This document shows, in pieces, positions 13,308 to 13,359 of a stretch of 13,359 bases of DNA. Below the pieces are notes generated by a model, which was given only the letters and a program-made list of their open reading frames with translations, was not told where the DNA came from and searched no databases. This stretch comes from an uncultured Pseudomonadota bacterium (lineage in GTDB: Bacteria; Babelota; Babeliae; Babelales; Vermiphilaceae): the NCBI GenBank assembly GCA_964533545.1, contig CAZHJT010000003.1, positions 7,190-20,548 of the forward strand, written 5' to 3'. How positions within the stretch are numbered: the first letter of the stretch is position 1; each line of letters opens with the position of its first letter. The translations under genes were made by a program, and so were the position numbers.

Positions 13308-13359
13308 ATATTTCCCTAGCAGGATCCCTTTACCTTTTGGCTTGTTTTTCGGTTTTGAA

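Noticed and set aside
1-13359. CRISPR arrays, rRNA genes, IS elements or transposases.
   Set aside because: There are no regularly spaced direct repeats, no rRNA-like conserved blocks, and no ORF with transposase or DDE-like motifs. The only repeats are the short tRNA-trailer, terminator-module and intergenic inverted-repeat elements described above.

Overview
This 13.4-kb bacterial window mixes housekeeping genes with accessory-looking ones. Confident calls: glyA (serine hydroxymethyltransferase), an smpB / tmRNA (ssrA) pair next to a DUF2062 membrane-protein gene, a pilC/gspF-type platform protein behind a YggU/DUF167 gene, an SPFH/band-7 protein, and tRNA-Ser(GCU), tRNA-Arg(ACG) and tRNA-Leu(CAA). 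The most unusual region is 1.6-5.3 kb: five tandem, same-strand paralogous genes for small secreted Gly/Ala-rich proteins. Four carry a TTGAAA(AT) box about 70 nt upstream of the start codon; the four that are not the last in the row each have a hairpin + T-tract terminator just downstream. One member has gained a long Ser/Thr/Pro mucin-like domain. Two members, flanks included, look like a tandem duplication. Other points of interest: a conserved ~35-nt hairpin-forming trailer overlapping the 3' CCA of tRNA-Arg, tRNA-Ser and tmRNA; a ~200-nt intergenic element with nested inverted repeats between the band-7 gene and glyA; a small GIY-YIG nuclease gene beside the tmRNA 3' end; and three further secreted hypothetical proteins. 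I found no CRISPR array, rRNA or transposase. All calls come from reading the ORF translations and the DNA by eye, with no database search.
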